NCBI GenBank assembly: GCA_963743955.1
Contig: CAVURR010000014.1
Coordinates: 241,081-305,080, forward strand
DNA length: 64,000 nt
Reading direction: 5' to 3'
Origin: an uncultured Iamiaceae bacterium
GTDB taxonomy: Bacteria; Actinomycetota; Acidimicrobiia; Acidimicrobiales; Iamiaceae
The notes under the pieces were generated by a model. That model worked only from the letters and a program-made list of their open reading frames with translations, was not told the origin of the DNA and did no database searches. Each line of letters opens with the position of its first letter. Within the stretch, counting starts at the first letter, position 1. The position numbers and the translations under genes were made by a program. Below are positions 53,484-64,000 of this stretch, one piece after another.

Positions 53484-54303
53484 ATGACCGCCGAGCCCGC
53501 GACCGAGCCGACCGCCGCGACCCCGCCCCCGGCGGTCGACGAGCGGCTCGCCCACTGGCACGTCGCCGGGTACGACCGGGCCGTCGCCCTCACGGAGCGC
53601 TTCGCGGCGATGGTGCGCGGGCTCGATGCCGCCCAGCTCGCGGCGCCGGTCCCCGACCTCGACTGGAGCGCGAGCGACGTGGTCGCCCACCTCGCGTCGG
53701 TCTACCGGCGCTACACCCTCGACCACCGCCGGGCCCCGACGCCCCGCGAGGTCGACGCCGCCAACGCCGATGACATCGGGGCCGTCACCGCCGACCTCGG
53801 CGACGACGTCGGGGCGATGCTCGACGACATGGCCGCCCAGCTGGCCTTCCTGGGCCCGGTCCTCGGCTCGATCCCGCCCGACCAGCGCTTCCCGTTCCAC
53901 GGCGGCCGGCAGATCACCATGGCCGGAGGGTGGGGGAACATGATCGGCGAGCTGCTCGCCCACGGCGACGACGTCGCCCGCGCCGCAGGTGCGACGTGGA
54001 CGGTCGACGCCGCCGACCTCGAACCGACCTGGCGCTACGCATCGCCGGTGCTGGGCGGCTGGCTGACCGACGCAGGCCGTGCTGCCACCGACCGGTGGCG
54101 GCTCGAGCTCGGGCTTGCCCGGCGGACCGGTCGAGATGCGGTTCACCGGTGGCGACCTCGTCGTGGGCGATCCGGGCGACGAGGCCCCCGACCACGTGGT
54201 GGTCGGCGACGCGGCCGCGGTGATGCTGACGGTGCCCTACGGCCGTCGCCCGGCCACCGATCCCGACCTGGCCGAGCTGGCGACCCGCTTCGTCCCGCTC
54301 TGA
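53484..54303 (+). CDS. mycothiol-dependent maleylpyruvate isomerase N-terminal (DinB/TIGR03083) domain protein (one apparent frameshift near 54110)
   Basis: LAHWHVAGYDRAVALTERFAAMVRGLDAAQLAAPVPDLDWSASDVVAHL (MDMPI_N His-containing motif). C-terminal 50 aa in the adjacent frame. Confidence 0.6.
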
Positions 54304-54424
54304 CCCGCGGCGGCCCGGCTGCCCGGATCGGTCGATGTCGAGCGGCACGGGCGGGTCCGGGGCGGCCTCGGGGGCTCCCCCGCCCGGCGCGCCGGGTGGA
54401 CGGCCACCGCTGCTGACGAAGCGG

Positions 54425-56689
54425 TCAGGCCGCGTCCCTGACGCGCACGTCGGCGAAGGCGGCGTTGACGTTGTCGCTGCGCAGCAGCACGCGGCCGCCC
54501 GGAGGCAGGGCCCAGCGGATGCCGTCGAGCACCTCCAGCACCGGCTCGACCGTCGACGGTCAGGCGCAGCTGGGTGCCGTCGGGGGTGTCCGCCACGGAG
54601 ACGGTGGCCCGGTGCCAGGCGCCGACGCTGACCTCGGCGTCGGCGACGGCGAGGGTCTCGTAGCGGCCGCGGGACTTGCGCTTCACCGCGACGGTCCCGT
54701 CGCGTCGGGCCAGGCTGAGGTAGTAGAGGTCGTCGGGCGAGGCGTACCGGAGCCCGACGTGGACACCGTCCCAGTCGTGCTCCTCGGTCCCCTCCAGGAA
54801 CCGATCGATGCGGAACCGCAGCTGCAGCACCGGCGAGTCCAGGTCGGCGCGCATCGACCGCGCCCGGAACACGGGCGACGCCGTCCTCGCCGCCGCCGGA
54901 TCGCCGCCGATGGTCCGCCAACGTCCGCTCGTCACCTCGAAGCGGGCGATGGGGATGAGGCAGGCGCGATCGCCGTCCACACCCCCGTCGGCCGGCTCCG
55001 GCGAGGCGCGCCGGTGAGCAACGCCACCACCACGACCCGCGGCGACCGCCAGCCTGCTCATGAGGCGGCCGCCCCGAGGCGCAGGGAGGAGAACGTGATC
55101 GGGGCGTCCGACGCCCCGATGGCGAGCCCTCCCGTGCCGTCCGTCTCCAGGGGGAACCGGGTGATCCACTCCGGACCGACGGCGACGGACACCTCACCGT
55201 CCGCGACCTCGATGGCGACCCGGTGGGCGTCCGCCGCCTCGAGCGCCTGCTGGGCCACCACTCGACGGCGGTCGCGACTCGCCGACCGAGACCTGGACGT
55301 ACGACGCGGAGACGGCCACCTGGATGGGCTCCTCGCTGCCGACCAGCACCCTCAGCGAGCCGGTGGGTCCGTCCTCCCGCTCGCCGAGCCCGCTGATGGT
55401 CGGTTCCGACGACGTAGTCGGTCCACTCCGCGCTCTGGGCCGGGGCCAGCTGGGCGGAGAGGTGGCCGCCGGCCGGGGGCGACAGCGTGGCCGTGCCCGT
55501 CTCCCCGTCGATGGCGATGACGTCGACCTGCTCGGAGCCCTGGTCGACGTCGTCGGTCGCCGGCGGACGGAGCGGCTCGCCACTCGAGTCGGTCCAGGCC
55601 GCCGGCTCGGTGAGCGGGGCCTCCGGGCCGGGTCGGTCGGGGTCGCGGCGGTGATGCGGGCGTGGAGGTCCTCGACGCTCGTCGACTGGAACACCTCGAC
55701 CCGCGGCAGCTCCCGCTGCCGCCGGTCGCGCTCGGTGACGAGGCGGTCGGGCAGCACGTTCGTCATGCTGGCGGCGAAGACGTCGGCGACCGCGGCCGAC
55801 GTGATGTCCGGGGCGAGCGGGTCGTTGGCGGAGTTGGTGGCCGCCGAGAACGGATACGAGAACAGCCCGACCGGGTCGCAGGTCGTGGGCCCGCAGGTCC
55901 TCGATCGACCCCCGGAGGTCGCGACGGACCCGGGCCTCGAACTCCGCCCGGGTCTCCAGCCGGTCCTCGTCGGCCAGCCAGCGGCGGTTGATCATGAAGG
56001 GCTGCCGGTTCCCCTCGGCGTCGACCTCGATCAGGTGGTGGCCGTCCTGGGTGTGCGACTCGACGTCCCAACGGCCCGAGCGATCCAGGCGGTCGATCTC
56101 GTCCCAGGTGAGGTAGTAGGGCCGACGCGTCCCCACCCGACCGGTGACCACGAAGGCGACGGCGTGGAAGTCGTGCTCCTCGAGCACGGCGTCGGCGTAG
56201 CGCCAGAGGCCCCCGGTGCCGTCGTCGAAGGTCAGCAGGACGGGTCGGGGGGGCAGGTCGGCCTCCCCTCGACCCAGTCGCGGAGCTGCCCGCGGTGATC
56301 GACGTGTAGCCGGCGGCGTCGAGCATGGCCAGGTGGTCGGTCAGCTGCTGGGGGGTCACCGTCAGCCGCTGCTCGTCGGTCGGGTCGGGCTGGACGTCGT
56401 GGTAGGTCAGGATCGAGCGGGGCGCTCGCATCCGGCGTCCCCCGTCGCCGCCCACCAGCTCCTCCAGCTCGGCCCGGCTCCACGACACCTCGGGCGCACC
56501 GTGCCGGTCGGCGACGGTGTCGTCCGCCGACGCCCACCGGTACGCGTAGACGGGCACGGCGAGGGCGGCGACGGTGAGCACCAGACCGACGACCAGGCTC
56601 GGCGGCGCCGGTGAGCGCGGCCGGGCGGTGGCGCGGCGAGTGCCCGGGGCGCTGTGCTGGACGTCATGGCAGCCACCGGGCGACGTCAC
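54425..56689 (-). pseudogene. membrane-anchored polysaccharide deacetylase (NodB-like) with C-terminal DUF1080/LamG-like jelly-roll domains, many frame changes
   Basis: TM LVVGLVLTVAALAVPVYAY; deacetylase ILTYHDV, TFDDG, PYYLTWDEIDRLDRSGRWDVESHTQDGH. C-terminal FEVTSGRWRT...YYLSLARRDGTVAVKRK...VRLTVDG and GGLAIGASDAPITFSSLRL. Pieces lie in at least 4 frames. Confidence 0.5.
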
Positions 56690-56760
56690 CGCGGGTCAGG
56701 ACGAGCACGAACGTGGGACGAGGACGACGACGGCCGACAGCTCGACCCAGCGTGACGGCC

Positions 56761-58095
56761 TCACGACCGCGCCCCCGCGGGATCCAGGTCGGCCCCGTCG
56801 CCGGCTGCGGGGCGAACGCCGGCGGCGCCGACGCGCGGGACCACGTGCCGCGCGCGCAGGGTGGCGAGCGAGTAGGGCAGCAGCCAGGTGAGGACGGTCG
56901 TCGACAGCAGGCTCATCAGCGGCCGGAGCACCCACCGCCGGTCGCCCGGGTTCTGCACACGGTACGCGGCGCCCCAGACGAGGCCCTTCATCACGACGCC
57001 CGCGGCGTAGAGCCCCGACACCATCCACGCCCCCTGCAACGGCAGCAGCACCAGGTGGCGCAGCGCCATGACCGGCCCGAGCAGCACCCACACGGCGTGG
57101 CCGTAGTACAGCAGCGCCGCGGATCAGCCCCCGGCGCCAGGCGAACCGGCCGGTGAAGAACAGGTTCCGCACGAAGCTCTTCTTCCACCGCACCTGCTGG
57201 CGGACGAGGGCACCGAGGTCCGGGCGGGACCTCGGTGACGACCCGAGCCGACCGCACGTAGCCGACCCGCCACCGCCGAGGCAGGTGCGGCTCGTCGGCG
57301 ACGAGGGGGTCGTCGGCGTGGGTCGGCCAGGAGCCCGGCGCCGACGGCCTGCTGACCCAGGACGTAGCCGGTGAGCTGGCGGTCGGTGGCGAAGCGGAAC
57401 TCCCGCCCGAGGAACTCGTCGGCCGCCCACGCCGGGAAGTAGTTGATGATCGCCGACCGCCGGAACGCGGCCAGCGGTCCCGACACGCAGGTGACGCTGC
57501 CGACGCTGGACTCGGCGGCCTTGGCCACGCCGAACTGGCCGTCGTACCAGACGTCCTGGACGGCGGCCAGCAGCGACGCGTCGGCGTTGCCGGCCCGGGA
57601 GTGGCCCGAGACGGCGCCGAGGCCCGGGTCGCTGCGCAGGGCGTCGACGCACCGCTCGACCGCGTCGGGGGCCAGCACGCAGTCGGAGTCGGTGAACACG
57701 AGCACCTCGCCGTGAGCCCGGCGCACGCCCTCGACGAGGGCCCGCTTCTTGCCCACGTTGGTCGGGAGGTGGAGGACCTCCACCGGCGTGCTGGCGGCCA
57801 GGCGGTCGAGGATCTCGGGGGTGCCGTCGGTCGACGCGTCGTCGACCACGATGACCTGCAGGTCCGGGTACGAGCTGTCGAGCAGCGAGCGCACGCAGGG
57901 CTCGATGATCGCCTCGTCGTCCTTCACCGCCACGAGGCACGTGACCGCCGGCATCCACCCCGGCTGGCGCGAGGGAGCGTGCGAGGGGTCGTCGTAGCGG
58001 ACGAACGCGAGGTACAGGATGCCGATGGTGGAGAGCAGCACCCCCATGCCGTAGGCGTTCAGCCACGGGTCCCCGGTGAGGTCGGCGGCCTTCAC
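56761..58095 (-). pseudogene. GT2 family processive glycosyltransferase (PgaC/IcaA/cellulose-synthase-like), 2 frame changes
   Basis: VIVVDDASTDGT, FTDSDC, and QQVRWKKSF (QxxRW processivity motif) in a second frame; C-terminal TM region in a third. Confidence 0.65.
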
Positions 58096-58228
58096 GGCGA
58101 CGATCAGCAGCAGGGGAGGAGCGCGACGAGCGTCGCGCCGCGCCGCAGCGAGCGGTCACCCCACCGTTCGACCAGCGGCCGGACCGACGGGTCGGGCGGT
58201 GGCGGGGGGCGCTGGCGGTCGACCGGGC

Positions 58229-59547
58229 TCATGGGACGTGGCGGTGCGCGACGTCCAGTCGGTACGTGGCATCGAGGACCACGGGGTGCCGGTCGATCCA
58301 GCTGTGGTCGACACCGGGGTGCACGGTGTGGACGAGCACGAGGTCGGGTGCGGGGTGCGCGGCGGGCTCGTCGCCGACGAGTCGGCGGCCGCTCGGGGTT
58401 CGGACCTCCCGGACGTGGGCGTCGGTGAAGGACACCTCGGCGCCCCGCTCGGCCAGGCGGTCGAGGATGTGGAGCGCGGGCGACTCGCGGACGTCGGCGA
58501 CGCCCGGCTTGTAGCTGACCCCGACGAGCAGCACGCGAGCGCCCTGCATGGGCATGCCCGTGCTCGGAGAGGACCTCCGAGGCCCGGTCCACGACCTCGC
58601 CCGGACGGGCGTCGATGGCGCTCATGGCCTGCTCGACCAGCGGTGCGCGGCGGTGCTGGGCGCGCAGCTGCCAGAGCAGGTAGTGGGGGTCGCACGGGAT
58701 GCAGTGCCCGCCGACGCCCGGTCCCGGGAAGAAGGGGAGGAACCCGTAGGGCTTGGTGGCCGCCGCCTCCACCACCTCGAGGGCGTCGAGGTCGAGGCCG
58801 CGGCTCACCGAGGCGAGCTCGTTGGCGAGGGCGATGTTGACCGCCCGGAACGTGTTCTCGTAGAGCTTCGTCATCTCGGCGGCGGCTGCGCTGCTGACGA
58901 CGTGGACGGACGGTGCCACCCGGGCGACGTACGCCACGGCCTGCGTCGCGCAGTCGGGTGTCCACCCGCCGACGACGCGGGGCACCCGCTCGGGCGGGAA
59001 GGCGTCGTTGGCGGGGTCGATCCGCTCGGGGCTGAAGGCGACGGACAGGTCGCGGCCCGCCTCGCAGGCCCCTCGCCGCGAGCGGCTCGACCAGGAGGTC
59101 CCGCGTGCTGCCGACGTAGGTCGTCGAGGTCAGGATCAGGACCTGGCCGGGCCTGGCGAACGCGACGACCTCGTCACAGGCCGCCCGCAACGGCCCGAGG
59201 TCCGGTGCGCGGTGCCGGTCGACGGGCGTGGGGACGCACACCAGCACGGCGTCGGCGACGTCGGCCACGTCCGAGAGCTCGGTGGTGAGGTGGAGGTCGT
59301 CCTCGGCGATGTCGGCGAGGCGCTGGCGGTCGCGCTCGAGGAGGTCGACCCGGCCGCTCCGGATGGCACGCAGGCGGCCCGGATCGGCGTCGACGCCCAG
59401 CACCCGCGCCCCGGACGCCACGAGGCCGAGCGCGGTGGGGAGCCCGACGTACCCCAGCCCCACGATCGCCACGGTCGGAGGAGTCGCCTCGGTGGCATCG
59501 CTGCGGTGGGCAGCAGGAAGGAGGGTGGGTTCTCTCACGAGGGACAT
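58229..59547 (-). pseudogene. nucleotide-sugar dehydrogenase (UDP-glucose/GDP-mannose dehydrogenase family), 2 frame changes
   Basis: Rossmann VAIVGLGYVGLPTALGL; central KLYENTFRAVNIALANE and GPGVGGHCIPCDP; C-terminal VLLVGVSYKPGVADVRESP. Three frames. Confidence 0.65.
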
Positions 59548-59862
59548 GACGGCTCCTGCAGCAAGGGGGCGGACTCGTTCTGAAGTGGCTCCCGTGCCGG
59601 CTCCGGGGCGACGACTGCCCGACCCTCCCGCCGACGAAACCGCGACGAAGGCGTCCGGTGGGCTCCCTGGCTGGTCGCTGACCAGGCCCACCACTGCGCG
59701 TCGAACGGTGGGCCACCCCCTGCGGTCGACGGTCGTGACGCGGCGGCGGTCCCGACGCAGGCGAGGTGGGTCACCGGAAGGTTCCGGCCGCCTCCCAGGG
59801 CGCTCTCAGGTGCGGGTCGCAGGGTGGGGCACTGCAACGAACCGCCCGCCCAGGAGCCCACG

Positions 59863-61069
59863 ATGCCCGAGCCGTCCGACCCCGTCGATCCCACCGTCGT
59901 CACCCCGCCCGTCGCCGACGGCCCGACCCTCCCCGCCGGCGCACCCCGGCCCACCGGCTCCGGCCGCTGACGGACCCGCGCCCTCCTGGTGGGGGGCGGG
60001 TCCGCCCCAGCCACCGACCGCCGACGCCGCCGTCGCGGCGGGCGGGTCGGCGGGGGACGGGGGAGCGGGAGGCCCCGCACGGCCCCGCCGCTCCCGCGCC
60101 CTCGTCGTGGCCGCAGCCGTCACCGCCGTCGTCGCCCTCGGCGGTGGCTTCGCGGTGGCGGCGACCCGCGGGGACAGCGACCAGGAGGTCGCCGCGGCCG
60201 GCTCGTCCGACGAGGGCACCGCCGACGGCGGTCGCACCGACGGCTCGGGCGGCGGACAGGTGCAGGCCCCGTCCGGGCATGGGCGGCACCCGCGGCACGA
60301 TCGCGTCCGTCGACGGCTCGACGGTGGTCGTCGAGACCGAGGACGGCAGCTCCGTCACCGTCACCACCTCCGACGCCACCGTCGTCACCGAGACCCTCGA
60401 CGGCGACCTGGCCGACATCGAGGCCGGCGACGAGATCACCGTGGTGGGCGAGGAGGCCGACGACGGCTCGGTCGCCGCCTCCCGCATCGTCGACAGCGGC
60501 GGGCTCGACGTCGGCGGGATGGTGGGCGGCCCCGGGATGGGCGGCGCTCCCCGCGGCGACCTGCCCGACGGCGCCACCCCGCCCGAGGGCATGACGCCTC
60601 CCGACGGGATGACCCCTCCCGACGGGATGACCCCTCCCGAGGGATGACCCCTCCCGACGGGATGACCCCGCCCGAGGACGGTGACGTGCCCTCCGGCGCC
60701 ATGCCCGGCGGTCGGGGGGTTCGGGGCACGGTCGAGTCGGTCGACGGCTCGACGATCACCCTCACGACCGAGGACGACGAGACCGTCACCGTGACCACCT
60801 CCGACGACACCGAGGTGTCGGTCACCGTCGAGCTCGAGCTCTCCGACCTGGCCGAGGGCGACACCGTCTCGGTCCAGGGCGAGACGGGCGACGACGGCTC
60901 GGTCGCGGCGTCGGTGATCCGCCGGGGCGACCTCGACTCGATGCCCGGCGGGTTCGCCGGCCCCGGCGGCGGGATGCCCCCGGGCGCGGGCGGCACCGAC
61001 GACGGCACCGACGGCGGCACCGACGGGTCGGACCCCTCCGGCGGTGCGACCACCACGACGGAGGCCTGA
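59863..61069 (+). pseudogene. Pro-rich N-terminus, single-TM protein with two DUF5666-like beta domains and a (GMTPPD)n linker, at least 3 frame changes
   Basis: ATG 59863; TM ALVVAAAVTAVVALGGGFAVAA. Repeat A: GTIASVDGSTVVVETEDGSSVTVTTSDATVV...GDEITVVGEEADDGSVAASRI. Repeat B: GTVESVDGSTITLTTEDDETVTVTTSDDTEV...GDTVSVQGETGDDGSVAASVI. Confidence 0.55.
60588..60676 (+). repeat. five tandem 18-nt units encoding GMTPP(D/E), one unit 17 nt long
   Basis: gggatgacccctcccgac repeated. The fourth unit reads gagggatgacc where gagggcatgacc is expected. This creates the frame change at 60645. Confidence 0.8.
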
Positions 61070-61072
61070 GCC

Positions 61073-62478
61073 GTGCGCCTGCGCTCCCGTCACCCCGATC
61101 CCGCCGGAGGCGGCGGTGAGGCCCCGACACCCTCCCGCCGCCTCCGGCGTCGCCGGCCCCTGGCCCTGGCCGCCCTCGTCCTCGTCGTGCGCCCTGACCG
61201 TCGGAGCGTTCGTCGCCCGCCGCGGCGACGACACCGAGACCGCGTCGGCCGCCGAGGGCGCGGAGGCCGCCGAGCAGCTCGTCGAGGTCACGTCCGGCGC
61301 GGTCAGCGAGACCGTCGACGGCGAGGGCACGATCGAGCCCGAGACCACCTCCGACCTCTCGTTCGGGTCGTCCGGGACGGTCACCGCGGTCACCGTCGCG
61401 GTGGGCGACACCGTCGCCGCCGGCGACGCCCTCGCCACCATCGACTCGGCCGAGCTCGAGGCCGACCGGGCCGACGCCCAGGCCTCCGCCGACGAGGCCG
61501 CGGCCGCCCTCGCCGATGCCGACGGCGACTCGACCGACGCCGAGGTGGCCGCCCTCGAGGCCCGGGTCGCCACCGCGAACCTGGCCCTGGTCGAGGCCCA
61601 GCAGGCCGTCGACGGCGCGACCCTCACCGCGCCCGTCGCCGGCACCGTCACCGTCGTCGACTACGCGGTCGGCGACGTGCTCGGCTCCTCCGGCGCCGAC
61701 GGCTCGTCGCAGTCCGGCTCCGACACCCCGTCGGGGGCCGAGATGCCGTCGTCCGACGACGACACCGCGCAGGGCGACACGAGCACGACCGGCATCCAGG
61801 TGGTCAGCACCGGGACCTACACGGTCAGCATCGACGTGCCGGTCGCCGACGTCGACCAGGTCCAGGTCGGCCAGGAGGCGCTCGTCACCCCGACCACCTC
61901 GTCGAGCTCGTCGTCGTCCAGCGGCGGCTTCGGCCCCGGTGGCTTCCCGGGCGGTGGCATGCCCCCCGGCATGCTCGGGGGCGACACCTCCGACGGCTCC
62001 GACACCGGCTCCACCGACGAGGCGACCGCCTCCGGCGACCAGGTCTCGGGCCTGGTGACCGAGGTCGCCGCGGTGGCCGACACCAGCTCGGGCGTGGCCA
62101 CCTTCCCGGTGGAGATCACCGTCGAGGGCAGCCCCGATGCCTTCTTCCCCGGCGCCATCGCCGAGGTCGAGGTCGTGGTGTCGCAGCGCGACGGCGTGAT
62201 CCAGGTCCCGGCCTTCGCGGTCACCACCGCCGACGGCGCCTCGACGGTGACCGTCGCCGACGGCGATGCCCGCGAGGAGCGCACCGTCGAGGTGGGGGAG
62301 ACCAGCGGCACCATGGTCGAGATCACCTCCGGGCTCGTCGCCGGCGAGCAGGTCGTGGTCACCATGCCCGGCCGGCCCGACGCCGCGGACGGCGTCGGGC
62401 GGCATGCCCGGCGGCATGGTCACCGGCGGCATGGCCCCCGGGCGCCGCCGGCTCGGACGCGGCCGAGGAGGGGGAGGG

Positions 62479-62482
<4 letters not shown>
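61073..62482 (+). CDS. HlyD/MacA-type periplasmic adaptor of an ABC efflux system (apparent frame changes near 61190 and 62400)
   Basis: GTG 61073, TM LALAALVLVV. Lipoyl/beta-barrel core translated by hand in the next frame (SGAVSETVDGEGTIEPETTSDLSFGSSGTVTAVTVAVGDTVAAGDALATIDSAELEAD...TLTAPVAGTVTVVDYAVGD). Gly/Met-rich tail; stop TGA 62480-62482 overlaps the next ATG. Confidence 0.65.
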
Positions 62483-63224
<742 letters not shown>

Positions 63225-63228
<4 letters not shown>

Positions 63229-64000
63229 CCTGGCGCGACACGCTCCGCACCGGTGGCGACGCCATCCGCCACCACCGGCTCCGCTCGGCCCTGACGATGC
63301 TCGGCATCCTGATCGGCATCACCGCGGTGATGCTCACCGTCGGCATCGGCCAGGGCGCCCAGGACGAGGTCAGCCGCGAGATCGACGCCCTCGGCACCGA
63401 CCTGCTGATCGTCTCCCCGGGCAGCAGCACCGACTCGTCGACCGGCGTGCAGGGCGGCTTCGGCTCCGCCGCGACCCTCACCGCCGACGACGCCGAGGCC
63501 CTCGCCTCGGAGGTCGCCGCCCCCGACGTGGCCGCGGTCGCCCCTGCGGCCAGCTCGTCGCAGACCCTCACCGCCGGTGACACGACGTGGACCACCTCGT
63601 TGGTCGGGACGACCGACACCTGGCTCGGGGTCCGCAGCCGCGAGGTCGAGACGGGCCGCTTCCTCACCGCCACCGACGTCGAGGACGGCGCCGCCGTCGC
63701 CGTGCTGGCGCCCGACACCGCGGAGGAGCTGTTCGGCTCGACGGCCCGCGCCGTCGGGCAGACCGTCACCGTCGGCGACGTCGAGGTCGAGGTCGTCGGC
63801 GTGCTGACGCCCTCCGGGTCGTCGGCCGACTCCAACGAGGACGACCAGGCCCTCGTCCCGCTGTCGACCGCACAGGAGTCGCTCACCGGTCGCAGCACCG
63901 GCACCGGGCTCTCGAGCATCTACGTGCAGGCCGCCGACTCCGACTCGCTCTCGGCCGCCTACCAGGAGGTCGACGGCATCCTCCGCGCCCGCCACGGCGT
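63225..64000 (+). CDS. ABC transporter permease (FtsX/MacB type), 3' partial at window end
   Basis: Hand-translated from ATG 63225 (ATGA overlap): [49 protein letters not shown], then a periplasmic domain. No stop before 64000, so absent from the ORF track. Confidence 0.75.

Noticed and set aside
53914-56187. 757-aa ORF spanning the deacetylase region
   Set aside because: Only its first ~110 residues carry deacetylase sequence. The rest is Arg/Pro-rich off-frame read-through created by missing stops around frame breaks.
60588-60676. Regular 18-nt direct repeats examined as a possible CRISPR-like or satellite array
   Set aside because: Units are contiguous with no spacers. They are in-frame coding sequence (GMTPPD) inside a gene. 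No other repeat-spacer arrays were seen anywhere in the window.

Overview
This window is a ~70% GC chromosomal segment of an actinobacterium (Actinomycetota). The lineage markers are an F420-dependent LLM oxidoreductase, a mycothiol-type MDMPI/DinB domain protein, a DUF222-HNH (REP13E12-like) gene, and DUF4214 and DUF5666 proteins. I recognise about 60 genes in ordinary chromosomal context: no prophage, integrase or CRISPR array. A striking global property is that many genes can only be reconstructed by joining two or three reading frames. This affects mutB, meaB, the copCD fusion, ycnI, the lipases, the exopolysaccharide locus, the HNH gene and macA. Other long genes are intact: the 803-aa P1B ATPase, the 802-aa GH65 phosphorylase, gpsA, the cyclase and the GGDEF-EAL protein. 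The frame shifts sit at homopolymers and short repeats, so assembly indels are at least as likely as real pseudogenes. Coordinates of frameshifted genes are the reconstructed outer boundaries. Recognisable modules are: (1) minus strand 659-8307: DUF4214 protein, F420 LLM oxidoreductase, MeaB, a very large lipoprotein, methylmalonyl-CoA mutase; (2) a copper module 8359-12143: YcnI, a CopC-CopD fusion, a zinc-finger anti-sigma factor with a His-rich tail, and a divergent ECF sigma factor; (3) nucleotide second-messenger genes: a SpoU methyltransferase translationally coupled to an adenylate cyclase, a PAS-GGDEF-EAL protein and a PAS-GGDEF protein; (4) an ArsR regulator flanked by two SRPBCC/Aha1 paralogues with paired operator-like inverted repeats; (5) a giant SPFH/flotillin-like protein beside a divergent OmpR/histidine-kinase pair; (6) the most interesting, a co-directional cluster 34931-40121: two unknown extracytoplasmic proteins, ApbE flavin transferase, a ferric-reductase-like b-type cytochrome membrane protein, and a P1B-type ATPase with a C-terminal hemerythrin domain. 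This is a candidate extracytoplasmic flavin/iron redox-and-transport system; (7) GH65 phosphorylase with OtsB; gpsA; a DUF222-HNH remnant; (8) TetR+SRPBCC, a PhoX-like phosphatase, secreted hydrolases, tRNA-Lys; (9) a PadR regulator with a textbook divergent promoter/operator; (10) a frameshift-ridden PNAG-like exopolysaccharide locus (nucleotide-sugar dehydrogenase, GT2, deacetylase); (11) a DUF5666 tandem-domain protein with a (GMTPPD)n repeat upstream of MacA/MacB ABC efflux genes that run off the window end.
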